Origin: Nitrospinota bacterium
GTDB lineage: Bacteria > Nitrospinota > Nitrospinia > Nitrospinales > VA-1
DNA: 64,000 bases
Direction of reading: 5' to 3'
Assembly: GCA_027619975.1 (NCBI GenBank)
Contig: JAQCGX010000004.1
Coordinates: 25,508-89,507, forward strand
Shown one piece after another: positions 26,464 through 35,830 of this stretch (its first letter is position 1; each line of letters starts with the position of its first letter). Both the position numbers and the translations under genes were made by a program. The notes under the pieces were generated by a model. That model was not told the origin of the DNA and made no database searches. It was given only the letters and a program-made list of their open reading frames with translations.

Positions 26464-26787
26464 TTCGAAAATAAAACAGATTATTACATAATTTCAGCAT
26501 AGGGATATTTTAGGTTTATAGTAGCATTAAATAAATCAAAGCCAAAGAGAGCTTTCTAAAATTAGTTTGGCAATCCTGAGTTTTGCGCTTCAGACGCGCT
26601 TAAGATTCACTGTTTCAAATATTGAGAGGTCATTTTTGATTGTGACTTGATACTACTCAAACTGTGATATAATATAAAACTATTATAAAGAATAAGTTAT
26701 CCTTCCAATAAAAATCCAGAGCAAGCAATTACAGGACCGGATACCTTTCCTCGGGCTCGTTCGTGATTGCTTATAAGGAAAATCTAG

Positions 26788-28278
26788 ATGACTTCCAGAA
26801 TTTTGGTCGTGGACGATAGCATAATGATCCAGAAAATCGTGGCCATGGCTTTTGAAAAGGAAGATGCAACCGTGGAAGGCATTGGTAACGGTAGCGAGGC
26901 ATTGGTAAGACTTAAAAAGTTCAAGCCGGATATTGTGTTGGCGGATGTGAATATGCCTGGACTCAACGGATTTGAACTGAGTAAAAAAATTAAAGAATCC
27001 AGCGAATTCGATTCCGTATCAGTTCTATTACTGACCAGCGACTTTGAAGATTTTGATGAGGACCTTTTTCACGACTCTCTGGCAGATGATCATATCACCA
27101 AACCTTTCAAATCTGAGGACATTGTACGCCGGGTCATGGAATTGCTGAACGGAACCGGTGGCTCAGACACCATTGAAGACGATGAAGATGTGATCACACT
27201 GGCGCCAACAGATCGGATGGAAGAGGAGTCCTTTGTGGAACTGGGGAAAAGTCATCTCGTGAGCCCTCCCGAGGAAATCTCTCTTGATCTTGATGAAGAT
27301 GAGATGCAATTGGAACTTTCAGACGAAGACATGCTGGTCACTTTGGAAAACCCGGAAAACGAAGAGCTGGTGGTGGATTTGGAAGAGGATATTGTCGACA
27401 CGGTCGATGACCCTGCCGATGTGGCTGAATCCCCTTGTGCAGACTCTCAGGAACGTGTTGAGGCCCCCTCAGTAAAACAGGTTCCGGAAGAATCCCTGGA
27501 CGAGTTGGTCCGAAGGGTCACAGAACTTTCCCGGAAATCGGAAGCTATTCGAGAGCAGAGATCCGCTGAAGAAGTGCGTCCTCTCGAAGCCCTGGATGAA
27601 ATGATAAGGGAAGTCAACGCTCTTAAAAGGGTTTCAACCGCTGTGAGCGGGGAAGGCAACGGTATTCCTAAAAACTCCGCACCTCCTGACACCACTGAGG
27701 TTAATACATTGATCGCCGAACTGAATTATTTCAGCGAAGAAAATGCTGAGGAGCTGGAGGCGGCTTTTAACGAAATTCTCCGAGGGAATAAAAATTTTGC
27801 TCCCCCTTCAACATCCGACCCGGCAGATGAAATCGCCGCCGCCGATGAGGGCAATGAGGATGAGAATAACGAAACCGTTTTTGAACCCGATACGGTTCAT
27901 GAAGACCTGATAATTTCCCCAGTGAAGATCTCACCCGCTAACTCCGTGGAGACTCAAGAGATCGAGACACTTCCTGAAACTTCAGAGGAGGTTGATGCGT
28001 CTCTGGAAGAAAACAATGTAGAGGTCGAGGAGGAAATTTTTGCAGATATCAGCGCCTTCCAGAGTTCTCAGGAGGATCTATACGCCCGGTTGATGGGAGA
28101 AGAATTCAGAGAAGTTCTCGAGCAGTCACTGGCCGCTTCCATGGAAAAGGAAATCTCCGGAATTTCTGAGAAGATCATTACATCTGTAGAAGAAGCCATC
28201 AAAGCAATTGTTCCTGGTTTGGTGCAAGAGATGATTGCCAAGGAAATAGAACAACATAAAAACGAGAATAATAGCTAA
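26788..28278 (+). CDS. response regulator receiver protein with long acidic C-terminal extension
   Basis: 496 aa. CheY-like receiver (ILVVDDSIMI...IVLADVNMPGLNG...HITKPF) followed by ~370 aa very rich in D/E with no recognisable output domain. The TAA stop lies inside the MITE-D TSD. Confidence 0.8.
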   Translation: MTSRILVVDDSIMIQKIVAMAFEKEDATVEGIGNGSEALVRLKKFKPDIVLADVNMPGLNGFELSKKIKESSEFDSVSVLLLTSDFEDFDEDLFHDSLADDHITKPFKSEDIVRRVMELLNGTGGSDTIEDDEDVITLAPTDRMEEESFVELGKSHLVSPPEEISLDLDEDEMQLELSDEDMLVTLENPENEELVVDLEEDIVDTVDDPADVAESPCADSQERVEAPSVKQVPEESLDELVRRVTELSRKSEAIREQRSAEEVRPLEALDEMIREVNALKRVSTAVSGEGNGIPKNSAPPDTTEVNTLIAELNYFSEENAEELEAAFNEILRGNKNFAPPSTSDPADEIAAADEGNEDENNETVFEPDTVHEDLIISPVKISPANSVETQEIETLPETSEEVDASLEENNVEVEEEIFADISAFQSSQEDLYARLMGEEFREVLEQSLAASMEKEISGISEKIITSVEEAIKAIVPGLVQEMIAKEIEQHKNENNS

Positions 28279-28279
28279 A

Positions 28280-28500
28280 GGGTATCTCTAAAAATTGACT
28301 AAATGCTCCTAATCGTCAACTTAAGGAGATGGCTTTGTTTTAGTGGAACAGGCTTTCCAGCCTGTTCGCACGGGCTAGAAAGGCGGAATTAAATTCCGCA
28401 CTTCCGCATAAACTTTAAGGTAGGTCGCCCGTGCCACCAATATAAGAAATCCTTGTACAGTGTTCGATTTCCTGTAATAAACTAATTTTTAGAGATGCCC
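28280..28500 (+). mobile_element. MITE copy D (221 bp)
   Basis: GGGTATCTCTAAAAATT ... AATTTTTAGAGATGCCC, flanked by TAAA (28276-28279) and TAAA (28501-28504). Confidence 0.88.
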
Positions 28501-28739
28501 TAAAGAATAACTCAAGCCGGATTTTGCTTTTTCTAAAGTGACAACTCCCTTCATAAGCATAGAAAAATTAAAACGCGGGTAGGGTTCCCTTTCCCGATCG
28601 TTTTTAATCAACCCTATTTAGTTAATGATGCCTGGAGAATAGTTTAGGTGAGGCGGGAAACTGCCCGGAGGTTCTGAGCCTTCTGTTCGCAAATACTGGT
28701 TTCGCCCTTTTACATTATTACAATTGACGCAATTTGATT

Positions 28740-31391
28740 ATGATTCAACTCGATAAAAAATACGATCCCAAGCAAGTTGAAGAGCATTGGGGTGCTTTCT
28801 GGCTCGATAACAAGCTGTATCACGCCGATGAAACTCTGGACCGAGAAACCTATTCCATCGTGATTCCCCCGCCTAATATCACAGGGTCCCTGCACATCGG
28901 GCATGCTTTCAACAACACCCTGCAGGATATCCTCATCCGCTGGAAGCGCATGTCCGGGTTCAATACTCTATGGCAACCGGGAACGGACCATGCCGGCATC
29001 GCCACTCAAAACGTCGTGGAACGGCAACTGCACGCCGAAGGCACGCATCGGGAAGCATTGGGCCGTGAAGATTTCATCAAGCGCGTCTGGAGATGGCGCG
29101 ACGAGTCTGGAGGAACCATCGGCAACCAGCTCAGAAAACTGGGATGCTCCCTCGACTGGGAAAGAGATCGGTTCACGATGGATGAAGGCTTGTCGCGGGC
29201 TGTCCGGGAAGTGTTTGTCTCTTTGTATGAAGAAGGTTTGATTTACCAGGGTGACTACATCATCAACTGGTGCCCAAGATGTCATACTGCGCTTTCGGAT
29301 CTGGAAGTCGAGCATGAAGATACCAAGGGCCACCTGTACAACATCAAATACAAATTCAAGGATGAAGACCGGTTTCTCACCGTCGCCACCACGCGACCGG
29401 AAACCATGCTCGGCGATTCCGCCGTGGCGGTCAATGGCACGGACGAACGCTATCAGGGGTTAACAGGCAAAACCCTGCTCCTGCCTCTCGTGGGCCGGGA
29501 GATCCCTCTCATCGAAGATTCTTATGTGGACGCCTCGTTCGGTTCCGGCGCTCTCAAAGTCACCCCCGCTCATGATCCGAATGACTTCGAGATCGGGCAA
29601 CGTCATCAACTTGCCATACTGAACGTCATGAACCCGGATGGGACCATGAACGAACTGGCGGGTCCGGATTACCAGGGACTCGACCGTTACGATTGTCGGA
29701 AAAAACTGGTGGCGGACCTTGAAGCGAAAGGATTGCTCGCTGGCATCGAAGATCACATGCATTCGGTCGGTCACTGTTACCGGTGCCAGACAGTGGTCGA
29801 GCCCTATCTTTCCAAGCAATGGTTTGTGAAGGCCAAACCGCTGGCCGAACCGGCAATTGCGGCGGTGAGAAGCGGCGCGATACAAATCGTTCCTCAATTC
29901 TGGGAAAAAACTTATTTTGAATGGATGGAGAACATCCGCGACTGGTGCATCTCCAGGCAAATCTGGTGGGGACACCAGATCCCGGCCTGGCATTGTTCTG
30001 AGTGCAAGGGCATCACCGTCGTCCGAGTGACACCGGAAACGTGCAGTCAATGCGGATCGAAAGACATTGTTCAGGAAACCGATGTCCTCGATACCTGGTT
30101 CAGTTCGGCCCTGTGGCCGTTTTCGACGTTGGGATGGCCGGACCAGACGGAGACGCTTAAAAAGTTTTACCCCACATCCGTCCTGTGCACGGGCTTCGAC
30201 ATCCTGTTTTTCTGGGTCGCCCGCATGGCCATGATGGGCCTCAAAATGATGAAGGAGATTCCCTTCCAGCAGGTTTATATCCATGCCCTGATCCGCGACG
30301 CGGACGGCCAAAAGATGAGCAAGACCAAGGGCAATGTCATCGACCCGCTGGTGATGATGGAAAAATACGGGACCGATGCGCTCCGATTCACCCTCGCCGC
30401 CTTTGCCGCTCAAGGGCGGGATATCAAGCTTGCCGAGGAGCGGATTGAAGGCTACCGGAATTTTTGCAATAAATTATGGAACGCCTCACGCTTCGCTTTC
30501 ATGAACCTTGAGGGTTATCAGGGCACCTGTGAACTGAATAGTAACTTAACCCATTCCCGTGCGGATCGATGGATTTTAAGTCGCCTCAATTCCACCTGCC
30601 GGGACGTCAACACCGCTCTTGAAGAATTTAAATTCAACGAAGCCGCAGCTGCGGTTTATAAATTTATCTGGAACGAATTTTGTGACTGGTACATTGAATT
30701 ATCCAAATCCAGTTTATTCAAAGAAGGTCCGGAAAAACCAGCCGTGCAAAATGTTTTGGTTCACGTTCTGGAAACCAGTCTGAAACTTCTGCATCCGTTC
30801 ATGCCGTTCATTACGGAAGAGATCTGGCAAAAACTGCCTGCTGAGGGAACAAGCATCATGAACGCCCCGTTTCCGAAGTTCGATATAACCAAGGTGGATG
30901 AAAAAATTGAAGAGGAACAAGGACTGGTGATGGATATTGTGACCAGCGTCAGAAATATCCGTGGAGAGATGAACCTCAATCCGGGACTCACCCTTCCCCT
31001 GTTGATCAAAACCGAAGATGTTAAAAAAATAAACTCTATTCGATTCAGTATACGATCTATCAATGAGTTAGCGCGGGTTACGCTTGGCGACATCGGCGGC
31101 TCGGTGGTCAAACCCAAGGTCGCCGCTTCCTCTGTTTTAGATGGGATGGACCTCATCATTCCGCTCGATGGCATCATGGATTTTGCTGAAGAGCAAAGCC
31201 GTGTAGAAAAAGAGTTGAAAAAAATTGAAAAAGACCTCATATTTTTAGGCAAGAAGTTATCCAACCAGAGTTTCGTCGCGAAAGCGCCTCCCGATATAAT
31301 CGAAAAAGACAAACAAAGGAAGCTGGCCCTTTCTGAAAAGCAATCGAAGCTCAAGGCCCACTTGCAAACAATAGGACAAACAACTTCCTAG
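28740..31391 (+). CDS. valS: valine--tRNA ligase
   Basis: About 883 aa from ATG 28740. Class I HIGH motif (PNITGSLHIGH), KMSKT, and a C-terminal coiled coil; overall ValS sequence. Confidence 0.95.
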   Translation: MIQLDKKYDPKQVEEHWGAFWLDNKLYHADETLDRETYSIVIPPPNITGSLHIGHAFNNTLQDILIRWKRMSGFNTLWQPGTDHAGIATQNVVERQLHAEGTHREALGREDFIKRVWRWRDESGGTIGNQLRKLGCSLDWERDRFTMDEGLSRAVREVFVSLYEEGLIYQGDYIINWCPRCHTALSDLEVEHEDTKGHLYNIKYKFKDEDRFLTVATTRPETMLGDSAVAVNGTDERYQGLTGKTLLLPLVGREIPLIEDSYVDASFGSGALKVTPAHDPNDFEIGQRHQLAILNVMNPDGTMNELAGPDYQGLDRYDCRKKLVADLEAKGLLAGIEDHMHSVGHCYRCQTVVEPYLSKQWFVKAKPLAEPAIAAVRSGAIQIVPQFWEKTYFEWMENIRDWCISRQIWWGHQIPAWHCSECKGITVVRVTPETCSQCGSKDIVQETDVLDTWFSSALWPFSTLGWPDQTETLKKFYPTSVLCTGFDILFFWVARMAMMGLKMMKEIPFQQVYIHALIRDADGQKMSKTKGNVIDPLVMMEKYGTDALRFTLAAFAAQGRDIKLAEERIEGYRNFCNKLWNASRFAFMNLEGYQGTCELNSNLTHSRADRWILSRLNSTCRDVNTALEEFKFNEAAAAVYKFIWNEFCDWYIELSKSSLFKEGPEKPAVQNVLVHVLETSLKLLHPFMPFITEEIWQKLPAEGTSIMNAPFPKFDITKVDEKIEEEQGLVMDIVTSVRNIRGEMNLNPGLTLPLLIKTEDVKKINSIRFSIRSINELARVTLGDIGGSVVKPKVAASSVLDGMDLIIPLDGIMDFAEEQSRVEKELKKIEKDLIFLGKKLSNQSFVAKAPPDIIEKDKQRKLALSEKQSKLKAHLQTIGQTTS

Positions 31392-31437
31392 CAGGTTGCA
31401 TTACCTAAAAAAGATTCTCGCAGAGTCAAAATCATTT

Positions 31438-33246
31438 ATGGACGCTAAAGTAGAACTCGTGACACGAGAAGAAATTTCTGAAGATTCCACATGGGATCTT
31501 TCCGGCCTGTATTCCGCCAGTGAAGCGTGGCAGAAAGAATTCGCTACCCTGGAAATAGAATCTCAGGGTTATGCCGCGCATCAGGGCAAGCTGGGGGACT
31601 CGACAGCCGCTCTCAAAGCCTGCCTGGAATTTGATATGAGCATGTCCCGCACCCTTGAGAAACTGTACACGTTTGCTCATCTCAGAAATGATGAAGATAA
31701 GACCCACACCATTCATCAGCAAAATTTCGAGCGCGTGGTGCGTCTGTCCACGCAAATTTCCCAGGCCAGAAGTTTTATTGAATCTGAAATCATGTCCATT
31801 CCTGAAAGCCGGATCAATGACTTTCTTCAGGATGCGGAACTCGAATTTTTTAAATTGCATCTCGAACGGATGTTGCGTTATCGACAGCACACCCTGTCCG
31901 AAAAAGAAGAGGCTCTTCTGGCTTCCAGCGCAGAAATCGCCCGCGCGGCAAGAGAAGGTTTTGACATGCTGGACAACGCCGACTTGAAATTGGGCGTGAT
32001 CAAGAATGAAAATGGCGATGAAGTCACCATCACGCATGGAAATTTCCAGAGTTTGTTGCAAAGCTATGATCGTCGTGTCCGACGCGAAGCGTTTGCAACA
32101 CATTACTCCGCTTATGAGGACCACCAGTTCACTTACGCATCGCTCCTGTCCAGTAGCATAAAAAAAGATATGTTCTACGCCCGCACCCGGAAATTCCCTT
32201 CGGTTCGGGAGCAGGCCCTGTTTTCCGAAAATATTCCCGTTGCGGTTTACGACAATCTCATCGAGAGCGTTCATAAAAACCTTCCCGCTCTTTACAAATA
32301 TTTCGATTTACGCAAGCGTCTTTTGAACCTCGACGAACTGCATGCCTATGATTGCAGTGTGCCGCTGGTGAAAGACATCCACTGGCACATGAGTTACCAG
32401 GACGCTTCGGAGACCATCACTAAAGCTCTGCAGCCGTTAGGCGACGATTATACCGAAATGGTGCATAAAGGATTAATGGCCGACCGGTGGGTCGACCGAT
32501 ATGAAAATAAAGGGAAGCGTAGCGGCGCTTATTCTTCCGGGTGCTATGATTCCAATCCCTTTATCCTCATGAACTACCGTGAAGATAACATCAACAGTCT
32601 GTACACCCTGGCCCACGAAGCGGGTCACTCGATGCATTCTTATTATTCGAAAAAGAATCAACCGTACTTATATGCGGATTACACGATTTTCGTCGCCGAG
32701 GTGGCCTCCACTTTCAACGAAGCCCTCATCACCCGTTATCTTTTGGGACAGGAAATCAACCGCGACATGAAGATCTACCTTCTGTGTCGGGAGATTGATA
32801 ATTTCCGCGGCACGTTGTACAGGCAAACCATGTTTGCTGAATTTGAATATCTCATTTATAAGGAAGCGGAAAGCGGTCAGCCAATGACGGGCGAAGCGTT
32901 CCAAAACAGTTATACCGACCTCCTTAAGCTGTATTTCGGAGAAAATGTGGTTTTGGACGATTGTCTCTCGTTGGAGTGTTTTCGTATTCCACATTTTTAC
33001 TTCAGTTTTTACGTTTATAAATATGCTACGGGAATCTCCGCCGCCTACGCTCTGGCAGACCGGGTATTTCAGGGGGGAGCGTCCGAACTCAACGCCTATC
33101 TGAACTTTTTGAAATCCGGCGGCTCCAAGTTTCCGATCGATCTACTGAAAGGCGCAGGAGTCGATATGACGTCTCCCGAGCCCGTAGACACCGCTCTGGA
33201 AAAATTCTCTGGACTGGTCGACGAATTAGAAACATTAACCGCCTGA
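31438..33246 (+). CDS. pepF: oligoendopeptidase F (M3B family)
   Basis: ATG 31438 (MDAKVELVTREEISEDSTWDLSGLY) is preferred over TTG 31396. Zinc motif HEAGHSMH; length ~600 aa. Confidence 0.9.
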   Translation: MDAKVELVTREEISEDSTWDLSGLYSASEAWQKEFATLEIESQGYAAHQGKLGDSTAALKACLEFDMSMSRTLEKLYTFAHLRNDEDKTHTIHQQNFERVVRLSTQISQARSFIESEIMSIPESRINDFLQDAELEFFKLHLERMLRYRQHTLSEKEEALLASSAEIARAAREGFDMLDNADLKLGVIKNENGDEVTITHGNFQSLLQSYDRRVRREAFATHYSAYEDHQFTYASLLSSSIKKDMFYARTRKFPSVREQALFSENIPVAVYDNLIESVHKNLPALYKYFDLRKRLLNLDELHAYDCSVPLVKDIHWHMSYQDASETITKALQPLGDDYTEMVHKGLMADRWVDRYENKGKRSGAYSSGCYDSNPFILMNYREDNINSLYTLAHEAGHSMHSYYSKKNQPYLYADYTIFVAEVASTFNEALITRYLLGQEINRDMKIYLLCREIDNFRGTLYRQTMFAEFEYLIYKEAESGQPMTGEAFQNSYTDLLKLYFGENVVLDDCLSLECFRIPHFYFSFYVYKYATGISAAYALADRVFQGGASELNAYLNFLKSGGSKFPIDLLKGAGVDMTSPEPVDTALEKFSGLVDELETLTA

Positions 33247-33356
33247 ATCATATTTTTGCAACCATTTATAATAAAGCATCGGCCGACTCCGCAGATCGTG
33301 TACGGAAGAATCATCAGGTCAATGAATTCAAACCTTCAAAGTAGAGGACCATCATT

Positions 33357-34166
33357 TTGAATAAATCAGGTTTTTCCCGTCGTCCTTCCTCCGGCAAGTC
33401 CGGTGGAAACCAAAACGCGACCCCCAACAGATCTTCCAAGGGAGCCACCAATAACCGGCGCCCCCAGTCCAACTCTCAAAGCCACAGAGCCAAAGCCGTG
33501 GAACAATGGATGACCGCCCCTTCGCAAACGCTTAGCTCTCACATTTCCATCATAAATAAGCGTAATGCGGATAATGCATCGAACAACCCCTTCGGCAAAA
33601 ATAGCACTGGGGGGTCTTCTACCAAAGGCAATGGTAAAAACAAAACCAATCGGGACCGATCCAGACAAAACGGACCTTCCGCTTCCCGCGATCAAAGGAA
33701 AAGTAATTACCCCAACAAAGCACAACGAAGTCATGAGACGCCAGCGGCAGGGCGCCCTCATCCCTCGGCAAGCAGGCCTTCCCCAGAACAAAAGGCGGGC
33801 GAACCAAAAAAAGTTGCCAATTTGGAGCCTTTTGAATTATTTTGCGCCTATCATCTCGGCATCGGACCCAACAAGCAATACAAGCCATCCAATATTAATG
33901 AAGTGGCCAATCGATTTCGGCAGGAACCTGGGATCATCCGTCAGGCCTTAAAAGAATATGGAATGGATTCTGCGTCTCTTTTGGACCGGGATTTTGACAT
34001 GGCGCTGGCTCAACTGGATATTCAAGTGGCTCCCGAAGGAGTGGACCGAATAGAGTTGGCTAAAAATATTTACAAGGAATATTTGGAAGCACCGTACCAG
34101 AAAAGGGATTGGAAAAAAATCCTTGATGATGATCGAAATGAAAACCGCAAAGTTTTCGGCGGCTGA
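33357..34166 (+). CDS. hypothetical protein with basic low-complexity N-terminal half
   Basis: 269 aa. A TTG start follows GAGGA. The first ~150 aa are S/N/R/K/G/P-rich; the C-terminal ~110 aa are ordered-looking and unrecognised. Confidence 0.5.
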   Translation: MNKSGFSRRPSSGKSGGNQNATPNRSSKGATNNRRPQSNSQSHRAKAVEQWMTAPSQTLSSHISIINKRNADNASNNPFGKNSTGGSSTKGNGKNKTNRDRSRQNGPSASRDQRKSNYPNKAQRSHETPAAGRPHPSASRPSPEQKAGEPKKVANLEPFELFCAYHLGIGPNKQYKPSNINEVANRFRQEPGIIRQALKEYGMDSASLLDRDFDMALAQLDIQVAPEGVDRIELAKNIYKEYLEAPYQKRDWKKILDDDRNENRKVFGG

Positions 34167-34181
34167 TGAGTTAAGAAATCT

Positions 34182-35660
34182 TCAGGGCTTTGCCTTGATT
34201 TCATCTCCACGGTTGAATCTCAACCCCTCACGGACAATCTTATCCTGAATTTTCAATGCCTGCCCGTTATGGCATTTTAAATCATTCATCAGAATGGAAA
34301 AGGCGAACCACTCTCCATCCATAGATTGAAAGTAGCCCGAAAGCGAACTGACGGCGTTCAACGTCCCGGTTTTCACCCTGGCTTTTTGAGACTCCTCCAC
34401 TCCGTTCATCCTTTTGCGAACGTTACCATCCACCCCCATCACCCCAAGAGCCGAGATGAACTCAGGAAATATACTCAAATCTTTTTTTACTTGCGCCAAT
34501 ACCCTGACAAATTGATTAGGAGTTAACCTGTTTTTCCGCGAGAGACCGGAACCATCCAAAATGGTGAACTGATCCGCAGCAAAACCCAGCGATTGCATGT
34601 ATTCGTGAATTACTTTCAGACCGTTTTCCGTGGTCCCTGGGGGACCGAATTTTTCCGCCGCCAGGGTTTTAACAATTTGTTCCGCCACAAAGTTGTTGCT
34701 GAATTTGTTCAGCCCCCGGAGCGCCAGAGCGAGCGGTTCGGATTTATGGTTGACCAGGAGCTTGGCCCCTTTTGAAACCTGTCCTCGAAGCGTTTCCCCA
34801 ACCACCTGAATGCCTACCCGTGCAAGATATTCCTTGAACACACTGACACTGTATTTCGTTGGATCGGTTATATTGACAAAGTACCTTGCACGCGGACGGC
34901 TTTGGGAAATCCCTCCCGTCAGGGAAATTTCGTCATAATCCCCCCGGTCGATTCGCTGCACTGTCAATTGCCCTCTTCTCCCCCGTGGCAAGGTTCGGGT
35001 CTGATTGTTTATTTTGAGGTATTTCGTATCGGGTTCGACAATGACACGCGGTTTGTCATCAGCATGTTCCCCCGGAGACACATAAACGGTGACCGTATTG
35101 AAATTGAACGACAGGGCTCCCAAGGGAGCGTTGTAAGCCTCCGAGCCGCCCGACTGCTCCCAGGTTTTGACGTGCAGCAGGGGATCGAAAAAAGAATCAT
35201 CCGCAATGATGTTGCCGACTATTTTCCGCAGGGGAAGGTTTTCCAACTCGTTGACCAGAAGCCACATTTGCTCCGTGACCAGTTTCGGGTCTCCGTAGCC
35301 CTTGATATACAAATCTCCGTACAGGGTGTCCCCTTGCAGTTTTCCAGACGTGTACAGGCGGGTGGGGAAGCGGTAATCAGGACCCAGGTTTTCCAGAGCC
35401 GTGGCAGTCGTGATCAGCTTCAGATTGGATGCCGGGATAAACAGCTGGTCTTTCCGGGTCTCATAAAGAATTTCATTCCTGTCCAGGGAATAAATTTCGA
35501 TCCCGTAGTTCTGCTTCTTCAGGCAGGAATGATCCAGTATTTTCTCGACCGCCTGATGGAACTCGCGAACTTTATTTTCGGTTGGCTCAGCTTGCGATGG
35601 GGAAACGAGAAAGAGAAGCGCCGTGATGATTAAAAGAGAAAGTGAAACCTTGTTTTTAAT
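34182..35660 (-). CDS. dacB: D-alanyl-D-alanine carboxypeptidase/endopeptidase (PBP4, S13 family); probable ATT start
   Basis: The track ORF (34182..35312) lacks the N-terminus. My translation of 35313-35660 in the same open frame gives the signal peptide KNKVSLSLLIITALLFLVSPSQA and the active site ASNLK. There is no ATG/GTG/TTG upstream of the motif, and ATT 35660 follows GGAAAGG by 7 nt. Confidence 0.7.
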   Translation of the reverse strand: MKNKVSLSLLIITALLFLVSPSQAEPTENKVREFHQAVEKILDHSCLKKQNYGIEIYSLDRNEILYETRKDQLFIPASNLKLITTATALENLGPDYRFPTRLYTSGKLQGDTLYGDLYIKGYGDPKLVTEQMWLLVNELENLPLRKIVGNIIADDSFFDPLLHVKTWEQSGGSEAYNAPLGALSFNFNTVTVYVSPGEHADDKPRVIVEPDTKYLKINNQTRTLPRGRRGQLTVQRIDRGDYDEISLTGGISQSRPRARYFVNITDPTKYSVSVFKEYLARVGIQVVGETLRGQVSKGAKLLVNHKSEPLALALRGLNKFSNNFVAEQIVKTLAAEKFGPPGTTENGLKVIHEYMQSLGFAADQFTILDGSGLSRKNRLTPNQFVRVLAQVKKDLSIFPEFISALGVMGVDGNVRKRMNGVEESQKARVKTGTLNAVSSLSGYFQSMDGEWFAFSILMNDLKCHNGQALKIQDKIVREGLRFNRGDEIKAKP

Positions 35661-35830
35661 ATCGTGACCTTTCCAAAAAAATGGCGGGAGGATAATAAAA
35701 TTTCATGCTCACACGACAGTATAAATGAGATCCGCATTATTTTCAGGAACTGTTTTAGAAAAATCCGCAAGGAAAAATCGGGTCCTTTTTATAAAGATGT
35801 TATAAAATCGTTTTTTTATGGGAGTTAATA

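Noticed and set aside
28505-28739. A T-box or other leader upstream of valS
   Set aside because: No specifier-loop or T-box-like conserved sequence, and no terminator/antiterminator pair, was recognisable by eye.
29460-30413. 317-aa ORF on the minus strand, plus several shorter ones, inside valS
   Set aside because: They are antisense to valS. The R/H/G-rich composition is typical of the reverse frame of a moderately GC-rich gene.
31432-32274. 280-aa minus-strand ORF
   Set aside because: It is antisense to pepF and has no motifs.
34902-35633. 243-aa plus-strand ORF covering the region upstream of the track's dacB start
   Set aside because: The opposite strand encodes the dacB signal peptide and SxxK motif in an open frame, so this ORF is its shadow.
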